DNA from: Bdellovibrionales bacterium
Lineage (GTDB): Bacteria; Bdellovibrionota; Bdellovibrionia; Bdellovibrionales; UBA1609
Reading direction: 5' to 3'
DNA: 64,000 nt
Assembly: GCA_965199825.1 (NCBI GenBank)
Contig: OZ241329.1
Span: 160,001 to 224,000, forward strand
The position numbers and the translations under genes are program-made. The notes beneath the pieces were generated by a model, which saw only the letters and a list, made by a program, of their open reading frames with translations, made no database searches and had not been told where the DNA came from. The number at the start of each line of letters is the position of its first letter. Positions within the stretch are counted from its first letter, which is position 1. Of the stretch, positions 46,485-57,269 are shown one piece after another.

Positions 46485-48563
46485 TCAAAATAAGAGATTA
46501 AAGGTTTTGAGGACCGCATTGTCGTTGGTGATAAAAAGTGAAGATCCACTTACGGCGATTGCGGTCGGATAAATGAGCGCTCCCGGCAAAGCTCCAAGTA
46601 AAAAACCCATCTTCGTTCGACTCCCCAAAATTGTAGACACAACTCCTGCAGGAGTAATCTTACGAATCAGATTATTATTGGTGTCTGCAACATAGAGATT
46701 TCCTGCAGAGTCGACAGCGATGCCTTGAGGCAAATTAAAAGATGCCGCTGTTCCTTGGCCATCGTCAAACCCTGCTGTTTGAGTTCCAGCAAGAGTTGTG
46801 ACTTCTCCACTTGGAGAAATTTTTCGGATGGTTTGATTTCCGGCGTCGGTAACATACAAGATGTTAGAAGAATCAATTGCGATATAAGCTGGTGAACCAA
46901 AACTTGCCGCTGCTCCGTTTGCATCTGTAGATCCAAAATTGCCGGCAGTGCCGGCAAAAGTTGAGACATATCCAGTTGGAGTAATTTTCCGAATCGTAAA
47001 GTTGTATGAGTCAGCAACAAAAACATTGCCAAAAGAATCACATGCCAATCCCACAGGATTATTAAAACTTGCAGAAGCGCCCTGCCCATCATTTGATCCA
47101 GAAACTCCATCGCTCCCAGCAAAAGTCGTTACCACACCCGCTGGAGAAATTTTTCGAATTGTAAAACGATTTTGATCCGAAACAAAAAGGTTCCCATCTT
47201 TATCCAAGGCTATACCTGTTGGAACTGAAAATCGGGCGCTAGTTCCAACGCCGTCAGCAGAGCCGGAGTTGGTGGAACTTCCTGCAAACGTTGATACATT
47301 TCCCGCTGAATCGATTTTTCGAATATCGGAATTGTTCTGTTCGGTGACGTACGCATTATTTAAACTATCGACCACAATTCCGTAGGGGTGGGCAAACGTG
47401 GCCGCAGCGCCTTGCCCATCGTCTGAACCAAAAACGATGTTAGATCCAGCAATCGTGCTCACTATGTTTGAGGTGTTTATTTTTCGAATTTTGAAATTTC
47501 CAAGATCCGAAATATAGAGATTTCCATTAGTATCGATTGTAATTCCAAAGGGAAAATAAAACCTCGCATCACTGCCATGTCCATCGACATCTTGATACTG
47601 TCCAGCAGCGCCTGCCAAAGTTGACACAACCCCTGAGCTGGTGATTTTTCGAATGGTGCTATTAAAACTGTCGACTACATAAACATTTTTTAAACTATCA
47701 ACTGTAATACCTGAGGGATTGTTGAAAGTCGCAGCAGCGCCTGTTCCATCATTCGACCCATTGAAACCAGGCGAACCTGCGAGAGTGCTTACTAAACCTG
47801 AGGGAGTGATCATCCGAATTGTTGAGTTCACGGTATCGGTGACATAAATTTGATCCATATTATCAATTGCAATCCCTTGAGGGAAATAAAATTGTGCGGC
47901 ATTACCTAAGCCATCAGACGATCCTGAATTGCCCGTCGAGCCAGCAAATGTGCTAACAGTACCAGAGGATGTAATCTTCCGAATTGTGCTATTAAAGGCG
48001 TCAGCAACGTATAAATTTCCGGAGCTATCGATAGCAATTCCAGTTGGAAAATTAAATGTTGCAGCAGACCCGACTCCGTCATCAGACCCAAGTACTCCGG
48101 GCGTTCCAGCAAAGGTGGTGACCACTCCAGTAGCGGAGATTTTTCGGATTGTTTGATTTAATGAATCGACAACAAATACATTTCCGCTTGAGTCACCTGC
48201 TATACCTCTAGGACTATTGAACTGTGCAGCTGATCCAATCCCATCAGCAGAGCCTTTAACAAAACTGCCAGCAAATGTGGTAACACTTCCACTAAGAGTC
48301 ATCTTGCGAATCGAATTGGTACCAACGTCAGTAATCAAAATATTGCCCGAAGCATCTACAGCAAGAGAATAAGGCTGATAAAAACTAGCTCCACTGCCGA
48401 CTCCATCGATGTTTCCGGGACCGTAGACTGAGCCTGCAAGTAAAAGAATTTGATTCAAAAGAGTCGCTTTAAAAAATCCAAAAGGTATTTGAGCAACCGC
48501 AGCTGCTACAAATGTGAATTGAAAAACCAAAATTGAAACAGCAAAAACTTTTATAAATTTCAT
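46485..48563 (-). CDS. Exported NHL-repeat beta-propeller protein (about 12 repeats); partner of fibre B
   Basis: ATG 4 nt after the fibre B stop; signal peptide then QIPFGFFK; 11 full and 1 degenerate GSxDGxGxxAxFxxPxGIAxD repeats. Confidence 0.88.
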   Translation of the reverse strand: MKFIKVFAVSILVFQFTFVAAAVAQIPFGFFKATLLNQILLLAGSVYGPGNIDGVGSGASFYQPYSLAVDASGNILITDVGTNSIRKMTLSGSVTTFAGSFVKGSADGIGSAAQFNSPRGIAGDSSGNVFVVDSLNQTIRKISATGVVTTFAGTPGVLGSDDGVGSAATFNFPTGIAIDSSGNLYVADAFNSTIRKITSSGTVSTFAGSTGNSGSSDGLGNAAQFYFPQGIAIDNMDQIYVTDTVNSTIRMITPSGLVSTLAGSPGFNGSNDGTGAAATFNNPSGITVDSLKNVYVVDSFNSTIRKITSSGVVSTLAGAAGQYQDVDGHGSDARFYFPFGITIDTNGNLYISDLGNFKIRKINTSNIVSTIAGSNIVFGSDDGQGAAATFAHPYGIVVDSLNNAYVTEQNNSDIRKIDSAGNVSTFAGSSTNSGSADGVGTSARFSVPTGIALDKDGNLFVSDQNRFTIRKISPAGVVTTFAGSDGVSGSNDGQGASASFNNPVGLACDSFGNVFVADSYNFTIRKITPTGYVSTFAGTAGNFGSTDANGAAASFGSPAYIAIDSSNILYVTDAGNQTIRKISPSGEVTTLAGTQTAGFDDGQGTAASFNLPQGIAVDSAGNLYVADTNNNLIRKITPAGVVSTILGSRTKMGFLLGALPGALIYPTAIAVSGSSLFITNDNAVLKTFNLLF

Positions 48564-48567
48564 TTGT

Positions 48568-51500
48568 TTATTGAAATCCTGCGATCCATGAGACGTACAC
48601 GGTCGTGCCAATGCGTTGAAAGCTATATACGGTTTGTTGACCCGCGCTACGGCTGCCATTGGCAGGGCTGTAAAGAAACGTGAGTCCCGATTGTGCAAAC
48701 ACACATTGAGTCGCCGTAGTTTCGGTAACTGCCAAAATGTACGTGCCCCCATCAAGCATATTTGCAAAAGTGGTGTTTGTACACGCCACACTCATGGATT
48801 GAGCATTGCCATTATTCCAATCTACGCTAGACGAAGAATTGATTTTTGTCGCTCCACCACTGCCGGTCGATCGCGTTTGACCGCGAACTTCTAAAGCCGC
48901 CTGTGGGTTTGTTGTTCCAATCCCAACATTGCCGTTGGTGTGCAGTCGCATCAGCTCGCTGCCGCTCATCAAAAACATGAGTGCGCGACTCGATCCGGAG
49001 CCGTTTTTTTCGGTGCCAATAAAAGCATCTGATCCAACACCCGAATACTGGTTAAAACCAAAAGTCAGACGTTCATAATCGCTGGGATTATTCGCGAGAG
49101 TGTTAGTGGTGCGGTAAACTTCAACCACCGCAGTCTGATCGGTTTGACCACCGATTTTTAAATCTGTCGCCGCAGTTGAGCTCTGAATAATTGCGGTTGC
49201 TCCTCCAGGTCCAACAACGTGGAGTCCTCCGAGTGGCGCAGTTGTTCCGATCCCAACACTTCCGCTGGGAAGAATACGCATCGCTTCTGCACCATTGGTA
49301 GCTAAACCAATTGTGTTTGTGTCCGCACCAAACATTCCGGTATTTGTATTTCCTAAAAATGCATACCCAGGTGCAGCCGCCGTTCCTGGTGCAGCCGGAA
49401 GTCCGCCACCCCCACTTGCAGCCGACCACGAGGGAATTCCGCTTGCTAATGTTAAGACTTGCCCGTTCGCGCCTGCAGGCAATCGCGAAAGTGCGCTTGT
49501 AGATGAGGCATAGAGCAAATCACCCACGGCATAGTTGGATTGGCCCGTTCCGCCGTTGGCCGTTGCAACACTGCCAGTAATTTGCGACGTCGGTAAACTG
49601 ATGTTTGCACACGACATCACATCGCCCACCGAGTTGTAGGTCAGGGTTTGATTGTTCAAACACGATGAAGCAAATTGGTTTGTTCCAGTTACTTTTGATC
49701 TTAAGTCCGTCATGGCGATAAAGCCGGGCGCCCACGCAGAACCGCTCCATCTTAGAGCTTGTCCTGCGGTTGTTGGTGCAGTGGCGCTAACTGTTGTGCC
49801 TTGAAGTTTTCCGACGGTGAACGCACCAGCGTCGGTCATTGTTGCATCACCTGAAGGTGTTACTGCTGCGGCTGTTCCGCCGCTGTTACCAACAAATATT
49901 TTTCCATCAGCAAGAGTGCTGGTGAGTTTGTTTGTGAAAGTAGTGTAGTCCGAATTTGAGAGGAGACCCGCAGTCACCAAAGCCGTTGAGGCTAAAGGAA
50001 TATTTAAGGTGTGAGTGCTTGTTGCTGAAGTGAACGAAGGTGCAGTGCCGGTTGTGCCCGTTGCAAAGGTTTGCGAAGTGGTGGTTAAACCATTGAGTGA
50101 CGATATCCCAGTCCCTGCAGGTGTCGACCATGCCAGCACTCCACTGCCATTGGTGGTGAGCACTTGGTTGGCGCTACCATCGTTCGCAGGCAAGGTCCAA
50201 ATGGTTGAGCCAGCTACAGCTGCGGGTTGAAATCCTGTATAACCGCTTGTGGAGCCCGACATGCGGATCGCGCCATTAACATCCAAAGCCGCGCCGGGAG
50301 TAGCGGTGCCGATACCGACATTTCCACCGGCTGCATTGAGCACGAGAGGAAAGGATGACCCATAGGCATTATGTGATTGGATCCACTGGGCATAATTTGT
50401 TGATCCAGTACCAAGTCCAAAACTTAATATCTGATTGCCCGATTCAAACGACACTGCCCCAAGGTTTGATGCGCTGAGCGACGGATCAGATGAAATGACC
50501 ACGCCTTGTGTTCCAACTTGAAGTCGAGCACCTGGGCTTGTTGTTCCGATTCCGACATTACCGGAAGCATCGACCGTCATCCTTGCCGTATTATTAGTCT
50601 GTAAGGTTAGAGGAAGACTATTGTAGGTTCCAACTTGCAGACCGTTTGTCGTCTCGATGATTTGGGCCTGATTTGTTCCCCCACCAGAATTATTAAATAA
50701 AGCAATACTCGAATAGTTGGCTGTTCCAGATGGATAAATATTAAGAGAGGTTGCGTAATTCAAGATCGAAGATTGCAGCATGGTATCACCATTGCCGTAC
50801 AAAGTTGAAAATGTACCGCCTGTTGGGATTATGACTGACCCAGACACTCGAGCGTTTCCAACAATGTCTAAAGCTTGAGCTGGCGCAGTTGTTCCAATAC
50901 CCACTTGTCCGCTGGCTGTTACACGGACTACCTCTGCACCATTGGTAGATAAACCAATTGTGTTTGTAGCTGGAGAAAACATTCCGGTATTTGTATTTCC
51001 CGAAAATGCATACCCAGGAGCTGCAGCCGTTCCGGCAGACGCAGGTAAGCCTCCGCCCGATGAAGCCCATGAGGGCAATCCACTTGCGACTGTTAAAACT
51101 TGTCCGTTCGTGCCCGCTGGCAATCGTGAAAGAGCAGTCGTTGACGAAGCGTAAAGCACATCACCAACCGCATAAATGGTTTGGCCCGTTCCACCGTTTG
51201 CGGGCGTGATCGATCCCGTTAATTGTGAAGAAGGTAAACTAATGTTTGTGCACGCCATCACATCGCCCACAGAGTTGTAAGTCAGCGTTTGATTGCTCAA
51301 ACATGAATTTGCAAATTGATTAGTGCCTGTGACTGTTGAACGAAGATCAGTCATTGCGATAAAGCCTGGCGACCAACTTGAGCCGCTCCATCTGAGAGCT
51401 TGGCCTGCGGTTGTTGGGGCAGTGGCACTGACGGCGCTGCCTTGCATTTTTGCAACTGTCAATGCACCCGTGTCGGCCATTGTGACATCGCCTGAAGGTG

Positions 51501-54500
51501 TAACGGCTGTAGCTGTACCGCCGCTATTGCCGACAAATATTTTTCCATCAGCAAGAGTGCTGGTGAGTTTGTTTGTAAAGCTTGTGTAGTCCGTATTGCT
51601 GAGGAGACCCGCAGTCACCGAGGCTGATGATGCGAGAGGAATATTTAAGGTGTGAGTGCTCGTTGCAGAAACAAAAGCAGGTGCGGTACCGGTCGTGCCC
51701 GTTGCAAAATTTTGTGATGTTGAATTAAGGCCATTTAAGCTCGAGATGCCCGTGCCTGAAGGTGTCGACCAAGTGAGTATACCGCTACCATTTGTTGTCA
51801 AGGTTTGGTTCGCTGTACCATCGTTCGCAGGCAAGGTCCAAACAGTGCTGCCGGCTGCAGCCGCGGGTTGAAATCCTGTGTAGCCGCTTGTTGATCCCGA
51901 CATGCGGATTGCACCTTTAACGTCTAGGGCCGCGCCGGGTGATGTCGTGCCGATGCCGACATTGCCTTGAACTATCAATCCATCAGCTGGAGCAATCGTG
52001 TTATAGCCGTAGCCATTCCCACTGCCGACTGCGGCTCCGCTTGATGTCACCGAAAATCGAGCGGTTCCAGTCCCAGTACCACTTGAACCACTTCCATCTA
52101 CTAATACTCTAAAATTACCTTGATTCAATGCCATGATCGTTGATGGCCCTGTGCCAAGACGGTAAAATCCATCTGCTTTTACATATTCCGCATTAGCTCC
52201 GATGCTCACAGTGGGATCGAATGAATCGCCAGCAAAAAAATTCAGTGAGGAACTGTTGCTTCCGTTATTGAGCGACGCTGTTGGACCGCTGACGTAGAGA
52301 CCGCTGAGGCGTGCACTTCCAGAAACATCGAGACTATAAAGAGGCGTAGTCGTTCCGATTCCAACTTTGCCACTCGCAAGTATCCGCATCGCTTCTACAC
52401 CGTTGGTTGAAAATCCAACCGAATTTGTGATTGGAGAAAACATTCCGGTGTTCGTGTTGCCAACAAAAGCATATCCAGGAGCAGCGGCGGTTCCTGCAGC
52501 AGCAGGGAGGCCACTGACTGAAGCGGTCCAAGCAGGCAGTCCACTCGACACAGACAGCACTTGTCCGTTCGTGCCCGCAGGCAATCGCGAAAGCGCAGTG
52601 GTGGACGAAGCATAAAGCACATCGCCAACAGCATAAGTAGTCTGACCTGTTCCACCATTTGCGGGCGTGACTGATCCGGTGATTTGTGAAGAAGGTAAAC
52701 TGATATTTGTACACGACATCACATCGCCCACAGAATTGTAAGTTAGCGTTTGATTACTCAAACATGAATTTGCAAATTGGTTCGTGCCCGTCACTGTGGA
52801 CCGCAAATCTGTCATTGCGATAAAGCCGGGCGCCCAAGCAGAGCCGCTCCATCTTAAAGCTTGTCCTGCGGTGGTTGGTGCGGTTGCGCTCACAGGTGAT
52901 CCTTGAAGTTTTGCAACTGTGAATGCGCCGGTATCGGCCATTGTGACATCACCAGATGGTGTCACAGCGGTTGCAACGCTTGACCCGTTACCAACAAAAA
53001 TCTTTCCATCAGCAAGTATGCTGGTCAGTTTATTTGTGAAATTTGTGTAATCGGAATTTGAGAGGAGACCTGCAGTCACCGACGTCGTTGAGGCTAAAGG
53101 AATATTTAATGTGTGGGTACTTGTCGCACTGACGAATGCTGGTGCCGTTCCTGTCGTGCCCGTCGCAAAACTTTGTGAAGTTGATGTGAGTCCATTTAAG
53201 GAGGATAAGCCAGTACCTGCTGGTGTGGACCAAGTAAGTATTCCGCTCCCATTAGTTGTCAAAGTTTGGTTTGCTGTACCATCGTTCGCAGGCAAAGTCC
53301 AAACGGTGCCGCCTGCTGCGGCTGCGGGTTGAAAACCCGTGTAGCCGCTTGTCGATCCCGACATGCGGATCGCACCTTTGACGTCGAGAGGGGCGCCTGG
53401 TGTGGTTGTGCCGATGCCGACGTTACCGGCATTGGTCACCGTCATGCTGTATCCGCCACCTGAGCTTGCAGTTTGAAAGGTGTAATAGCTATTGCTAGTT
53501 CCAGAAGTTTCAACAAACAAACCTGTGTTGTAATTGGCACCTTTGCCTGATGAGCCTGCAGCAATGTGCAAACGTGCACCAGGATTAGTTGTTCCGATTC
53601 CTACACTGGCATTTGAACCATTGGTTGAGTTACCCGGCATAAGGATAATATTGCCGCCATTGTTTGATCCTCCAGCGCCTGCATTTTGAGAGTAAAGGTA
53701 AAGATTTCCGCCATCGGTACTTGCTGCTGCGGTTCCGGCGCGAACGTCGAATGCACCCTGCGGAGTTGTAGTTCCAATGCCGAAATTTCCGCCTTTGAAA
53801 AAAGTTGGAGTTCCTTGGCTTGCTGATATTTGAACATTGGTAGTTCCGTTCGCTCCAAGTGAAAATCGTCCCGTTGCACTGCCTTCATCAGTAAGCATTC
53901 CATAATTGGTTGCACCATTTGTAAGTGCAAACCCATCGAAAGCAGCGGATGTATTTAAGGTTAGCTTTGAAGAGGGATTTGTCGTCCCAATCCCAACATT
54001 CCCACCAAAAGCGTTGAGTACTAGAGGTCTGGTAGAAACTAAATATTTATCCGCCTGAATGTAGCCCGCATCAATGCTCATGTCATAACCCATGCGGAGT
54101 CCGTAATTGGCTCCTCCGCCTCCTGGATTACTCACCCGAAAACCACCTAACGAACTTGAATAAGATGCGGTGGAATCTTGAATTTCGGTTTTGGAAATTG
54201 GAGTTGTAGTTCCAATCCCCACATTCCCCGAAGCATCCACCCGCATTCGCTCTACACCACCCGTACTCGCCGCAAGAGTCGAAGCAAGTGGTCGAAACCA
54301 ACCCGTCCCCGCATCTCCCGCAAAAGAATACGTTGGAGCCGCAGCAGTTCCTGCAGCAGAAGTCACGGACGCTCCACCCGTCACAGGTGAAACCATCCCG
54401 GCCGAAGATAAATTAAATATGTTTGTACCACCGGCCGCCACACCGATCACATCATTCGAGCCTGAATCAAAAAATCCAGTATTAGTGTCGCCTGAAAATG

Positions 54501-56676
54501 TGAGCGAAGGTGCGCTTGAAGATCCCATACCTGCGCCAACAGTGCTGTAACTTGTAGCTCCACCGCTCAATGGAATCGGAGTTCTTGCTGTACCAACTGT
54601 TAAATAATAATTTGTACCATCGTACTCAATCGCGCCGTCTTCGGCTGTGGACATTAATGGACCACTAGTTAATTTGAGAGGAGCACTGCTTACGGCTGTT
54701 GTTCCCGCTTTGAGTTGCAAAACTGCAGAAGGTGTTGTTGTACCGATACCCACATTTCCGGTGGGACTTACAATCAGGCGTTCTCCGCCAGTATTATCGT
54801 AAATGTGAAGACCATATTGGTTGTTGTAGAGAGATCTCATCGCTCCAGTATCTCGAGGCATCAACTGTATTTCAGAACTGCCTCCGGATGTTCGAATGGG
54901 CCCGACAACTTCAAGAGGTGCAAGAGGATTGGTCGTCCCAATCCCAACACTTCCTGTAGGAAGCACCGTCATCGCAACATTATTATTTGCCTTTAACGAC
55001 AAAGGAAAATTATCCGCAGTACCGAGAGAAGCTGCAGCACCAAAACTATTTCCACCATTTTTAAAATAAGTGGTGTCATATGCACCAACAGGTAAATCAC
55101 TCGAAGCCAAAGGACGAAATGTAGGCGCACCCGCACCGCCCGAAGAAGGACCAGCAAGCACAGCGTTCTGTGCCTGGCTTCCAAAATTAGACGCTCCAAC
55201 CGAAATTGTGGCGCATGAAAATGTATCGCTCACTGCAGAGTAAGTTAAGGTTTGTGATGACGTGCAATTCGTAGGAAATAATTGAGCACTGCCCGCAAGC
55301 GAAGATCGCAAATCAGCAACGCCTAAAAATGCGGGAGCATATTGAGAAGACCCATTATATCGCAGAACTTGGCCACCCGCGGTTGGCGTTGCCGAAGATA
55401 CAGGCGTCCCCTGCAATCCCGAAACTTTTGGACTGGGATAATTGGCTGACAAATCTCCAGAGGCTGCACCATTGAGACTCAAAACTCCCGAGCTGTAACT
55501 TAAAGGTGCGGTTGCAGAAATCGCTGCTCTCGCATTGGCATCACTATATGGTGTAGTCCACGACAACACGCCCGCCGTTGTCCCCGTCAAAACCTGTCCG
55601 TTTGAAACTGGTGCAGCGGTTGGCCATGTTAAAGTGTACGACGCCGACACTGTCGAAGGCGCTTGAAGAGTGACCGAATTCGATGCGCCGTCGCGAGCAA
55701 CAATCGAACTTGTCGAAACACTGCCTGCCGAAAATCCACCGGAAGAATCTCGACGAACAATCATATTGTTGGTGTTATTTGAAGTTGCCGAATTGGCCAA
55801 CAGCTCAGCCGCATGAACATTCGAAGCCGATGAGCCACCCACCGTTGCAACCGTAGTCGCACTCAAAGTTCCGGTGACATCACCTGAAAGTGCGCCGGTT
55901 GCTGAACTTAAAACTTGAGTGGTTGATCCATTAAAATATTTTACTGTGCCTGAGGTCGAATCAAACCAGACACTTCCGGCAAGGGGGGATGCCGGTGGGG
56001 TGGAAGTTGAAAAACTGGGAAGTGATGCTCCACTTGATGTGGTTGATGAAACATAGTTTCCACCACCCGCGAGCAGTGATGTCAGCTTTGGATAATTGGT
56101 ATTTGAAAATACCGACGACAAACTCGATTGATTAAGCTGTGTTGTCGAATCGGCTTGGAGAATATTTCCGGTAGAGATTCCATTTAAACTTTCGGCCACC
56201 ACTGCCGAAGGCACCGAATTTAATTTCATATCGGGCGCAAGTGTCACTTGCACATTGGTTGAAGACGGAAGAACAACCACACGCAAAAATCTTTGATCTC
56301 CAGCGACAGGCAAATAGCTACAAGCTCCACCACTGGTGACCGAACGACCATTGATGGTGCTCAAGTTTTGAAAAACCCCGGCCATGTAATTGCCAGAGTC
56401 GATGCTTGTACGTTTTGAATCTGTGGTTGCAGAGCCGACCGAGATATTAAAATATCCATTACTGGCACTGGTGCTGACGTTTTGAGTCTCTTCATAAAGT
56501 ATACAATTTTTGTTTGTATCAAGAATCTGAAGACGAAGATTGACCGAGTTGTCTAATAAAGGGTTTGATCCGACCGAAGAATTATACAATCGTCCATCAA
56601 GTGTAAAGCCTTGTGGTCCCTCACTTAAACCAAATGAGTTTATACAATAAAAAACGAAAAGAATAAAACGTGTCAC
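48568..56676 (-). CDS. Fibre B: mosaic tail-fibre-like adhesin (MAT-like), 2702 aa, non-S74 C-terminal cap
   Basis: Same N-domain as fibre C; three shaft blocks; ends QRIGTTVYVSWIAGFQ. Confidence 0.87.
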   Translation of the reverse strand: MTRFILFVFYCINSFGLSEGPQGFTLDGRLYNSSVGSNPLLDNSVNLRLQILDTNKNCILYEETQNVSTSASNGYFNISVGSATTDSKRTSIDSGNYMAGVFQNLSTINGRSVTSGGACSYLPVAGDQRFLRVVVLPSSTNVQVTLAPDMKLNSVPSAVVAESLNGISTGNILQADSTTQLNQSSLSSVFSNTNYPKLTSLLAGGGNYVSSTTSSGASLPSFSTSTPPASPLAGSVWFDSTSGTVKYFNGSTTQVLSSATGALSGDVTGTLSATTVATVGGSSASNVHAAELLANSATSNNTNNMIVRRDSSGGFSAGSVSTSSIVARDGASNSVTLQAPSTVSASYTLTWPTAAPVSNGQVLTGTTAGVLSWTTPYSDANARAAISATAPLSYSSGVLSLNGAASGDLSANYPSPKVSGLQGTPVSSATPTAGGQVLRYNGSSQYAPAFLGVADLRSSLAGSAQLFPTNCTSSQTLTYSAVSDTFSCATISVGASNFGSQAQNAVLAGPSSGGAGAPTFRPLASSDLPVGAYDTTYFKNGGNSFGAAASLGTADNFPLSLKANNNVAMTVLPTGSVGIGTTNPLAPLEVVGPIRTSGGSSEIQLMPRDTGAMRSLYNNQYGLHIYDNTGGERLIVSPTGNVGIGTTTPSAVLQLKAGTTAVSSAPLKLTSGPLMSTAEDGAIEYDGTNYYLTVGTARTPIPLSGGATSYSTVGAGMGSSSAPSLTFSGDTNTGFFDSGSNDVIGVAAGGTNIFNLSSAGMVSPVTGGASVTSAAGTAAAPTYSFAGDAGTGWFRPLASTLAASTGGVERMRVDASGNVGIGTTTPISKTEIQDSTASYSSSLGGFRVSNPGGGGANYGLRMGYDMSIDAGYIQADKYLVSTRPLVLNAFGGNVGIGTTNPSSKLTLNTSAAFDGFALTNGATNYGMLTDEGSATGRFSLGANGTTNVQISASQGTPTFFKGGNFGIGTTTPQGAFDVRAGTAAASTDGGNLYLYSQNAGAGGSNNGGNIILMPGNSTNGSNASVGIGTTNPGARLHIAAGSSGKGANYNTGLFVETSGTSNSYYTFQTASSGGGYSMTVTNAGNVGIGTTTPGAPLDVKGAIRMSGSTSGYTGFQPAAAAGGTVWTLPANDGTANQTLTTNGSGILTWSTPAGTGLSSLNGLTSTSQSFATGTTGTAPAFVSATSTHTLNIPLASTTSVTAGLLSNSDYTNFTNKLTSILADGKIFVGNGSSVATAVTPSGDVTMADTGAFTVAKLQGSPVSATAPTTAGQALRWSGSAWAPGFIAMTDLRSTVTGTNQFANSCLSNQTLTYNSVGDVMSCTNISLPSSQITGSVTPANGGTGQTTYAVGDVLYASSTTALSRLPAGTNGQVLSVSSGLPAWTASVSGLPAAAGTAAAPGYAFVGNTNTGMFSPITNSVGFSTNGVEAMRILASGKVGIGTTTPLYSLDVSGSARLSGLYVSGPTASLNNGSNSSSLNFFAGDSFDPTVSIGANAEYVKADGFYRLGTGPSTIMALNQGNFRVLVDGSGSSGTGTGTARFSVTSSGAAVGSGNGYGYNTIAPADGLIVQGNVGIGTTSPGAALDVKGAIRMSGSTSGYTGFQPAAAAGSTVWTLPANDGTANQTLTTNGSGILTWSTPSGTGISSLNGLNSTSQNFATGTTGTAPAFVSATSTHTLNIPLASSASVTAGLLSNTDYTSFTNKLTSTLADGKIFVGNSGGTATAVTPSGDVTMADTGALTVAKMQGSAVSATAPTTAGQALRWSGSSWSPGFIAMTDLRSTVTGTNQFANSCLSNQTLTYNSVGDVMACTNISLPSSQLTGSITPANGGTGQTIYAVGDVLYASSTTALSRLPAGTNGQVLTVASGLPSWASSGGGLPASAGTAAAPGYAFSGNTNTGMFSPATNTIGLSTNGAEVVRVTASGQVGIGTTAPAQALDIVGNARVSGSVIIPTGGTFSTLYGNGDTMLQSSILNYATSLNIYPSGTANYSSIALFNNSGGGTNQAQIIETTNGLQVGTYNSLPLTLQTNNTARMTVDASGNVGIGTTSPGARLQVGTQGVVISSDPSLSASNLGAVSFESGNQILSFGLGTGSTNYAQWIQSHNAYGSSFPLVLNAAGGNVGIGTATPGAALDVNGAIRMSGSTSGYTGFQPAAVAGSTIWTLPANDGSANQVLTTNGSGVLAWSTPAGTGISSLNGLTTTSQTFATGTTGTAPSFTSATSTHTLNIPLASTALVTAGLLSNSDYTTFTNKLTSTLADGKIFVGNSGGTAAAVTPSGDATMTDAGAFTVGKLQGTTVSATAPTTAGQALRWSGSAWAPGFIAMTDLRSKVTGTNQFASSCLNNQTLTYNSVGDVMSCANISLPTSQITGSVATANGGTGQSNYAVGDLLYASSTSALSRLPAGANGQVLTLASGIPSWSAASGGGGLPAAPGTAAAPGYAFLGNTNTGMFGADTNTIGLATNGAEAMRILPSGSVGIGTTAPLGGLHVVGPGGATAIIQSSTAATDLKIGGQTDQTAVVEVYRTTNTLANNPSDYERLTFGFNQYSGVGSDAFIGTEKNGSGSSRALMFLMSGSELMRLHTNGNVGIGTTNPQAALEVRGQTRSTGSGGATKINSSSSVDWNNGNAQSMSVACTNTTFANMLDGGTYILAVTETTATQCVFAQSGLTFLYSPANGSRSAGQQTVYSFQRIGTTVYVSWIAGFQ
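49245..50300 (-). repeat. ~1.05-kb shaft block, copy 2 (fibre B)
   Basis: Same translated block; boundaries approximate. Confidence 0.85.
50890..51940 (-). repeat. ~1.05-kb shaft block, copy 3 (fibre B)
   Basis: Same translated block; boundaries approximate. Confidence 0.85.
52350..53400 (-). repeat. ~1.05-kb shaft block, copy 4 (fibre B)
   Basis: Same translated block; boundaries approximate. Confidence 0.85.
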
Positions 56677-56683
56677 GTCTAAC

Positions 56684-56710
56684 TTATCGACAATTTTTTG
56701 GTATTATTAA
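56684..56710 (-). promoter_or_regulatory. sigma28 (FliA)-like promoter of fibre B
   Basis: TTAA-N15-GTCGATAA ending 7 nt before the GTG start; no SD. Confidence 0.6.
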
Positions 56711-56779
56711 GCAGTTCAGTTCGAACTCATAAAAACACGTCCAAAGGTCTTGATACGACAAGACGATGGTCAAGCCCAT

Positions 56780-57230
56780 TTATTTTGAACGAAACGAAGC
56801 CATGACCATGTCATAACAACTTGCGGGCGAAAACGTATTCACAATTAAAGTTGAACCCATATTATTTTGAATTTTATATTCAACAGTATTTCCGTTTTGT
56901 GTCGAAATTGATGTAAATGGTCCACTTGGCGTCGCGTGTTGAAATGCGTTGATGTAAAAAAAGATCATCGCTTTGTTTTCATTCTCAACCAGTCATGAAG
57001 CAAACGAAATGTCATTCGCCGCATTAAAATAACCGTTGCTGCACTTGTACAAAGGTTTTGAGTCTCATATTCGATAAAAAAATTTTTGTCTGTATCAAAA
57101 ATCTGTAAACGCAGATTAACAGGATTATCTAGTAATGGGTTTGGCCCTGAAGAGGAGATGTTAAAGCATTCATCAAATATAATTTTTTGCAGCACATCAA
57201 ATAAACACAAATAGTTTATAAGCAGTAATG
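56780..57230 (-). pseudogene. Decayed remnant of another fibre gene 5' end joined to an unrelated short 3' fragment
   Basis: SSGPNPLLDNPVNLRLQIFDTDKNFFIEYETQN matches the fibre N-terminus GSNPLLDNSVNLRLQILDTNKNCILYEETQN, then frameshifts near 57040. Confidence 0.75.
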
Positions 57231-57269
57231 TTAGGGCAATTAAGACACCATCAATTAACCCTAGAGAAA

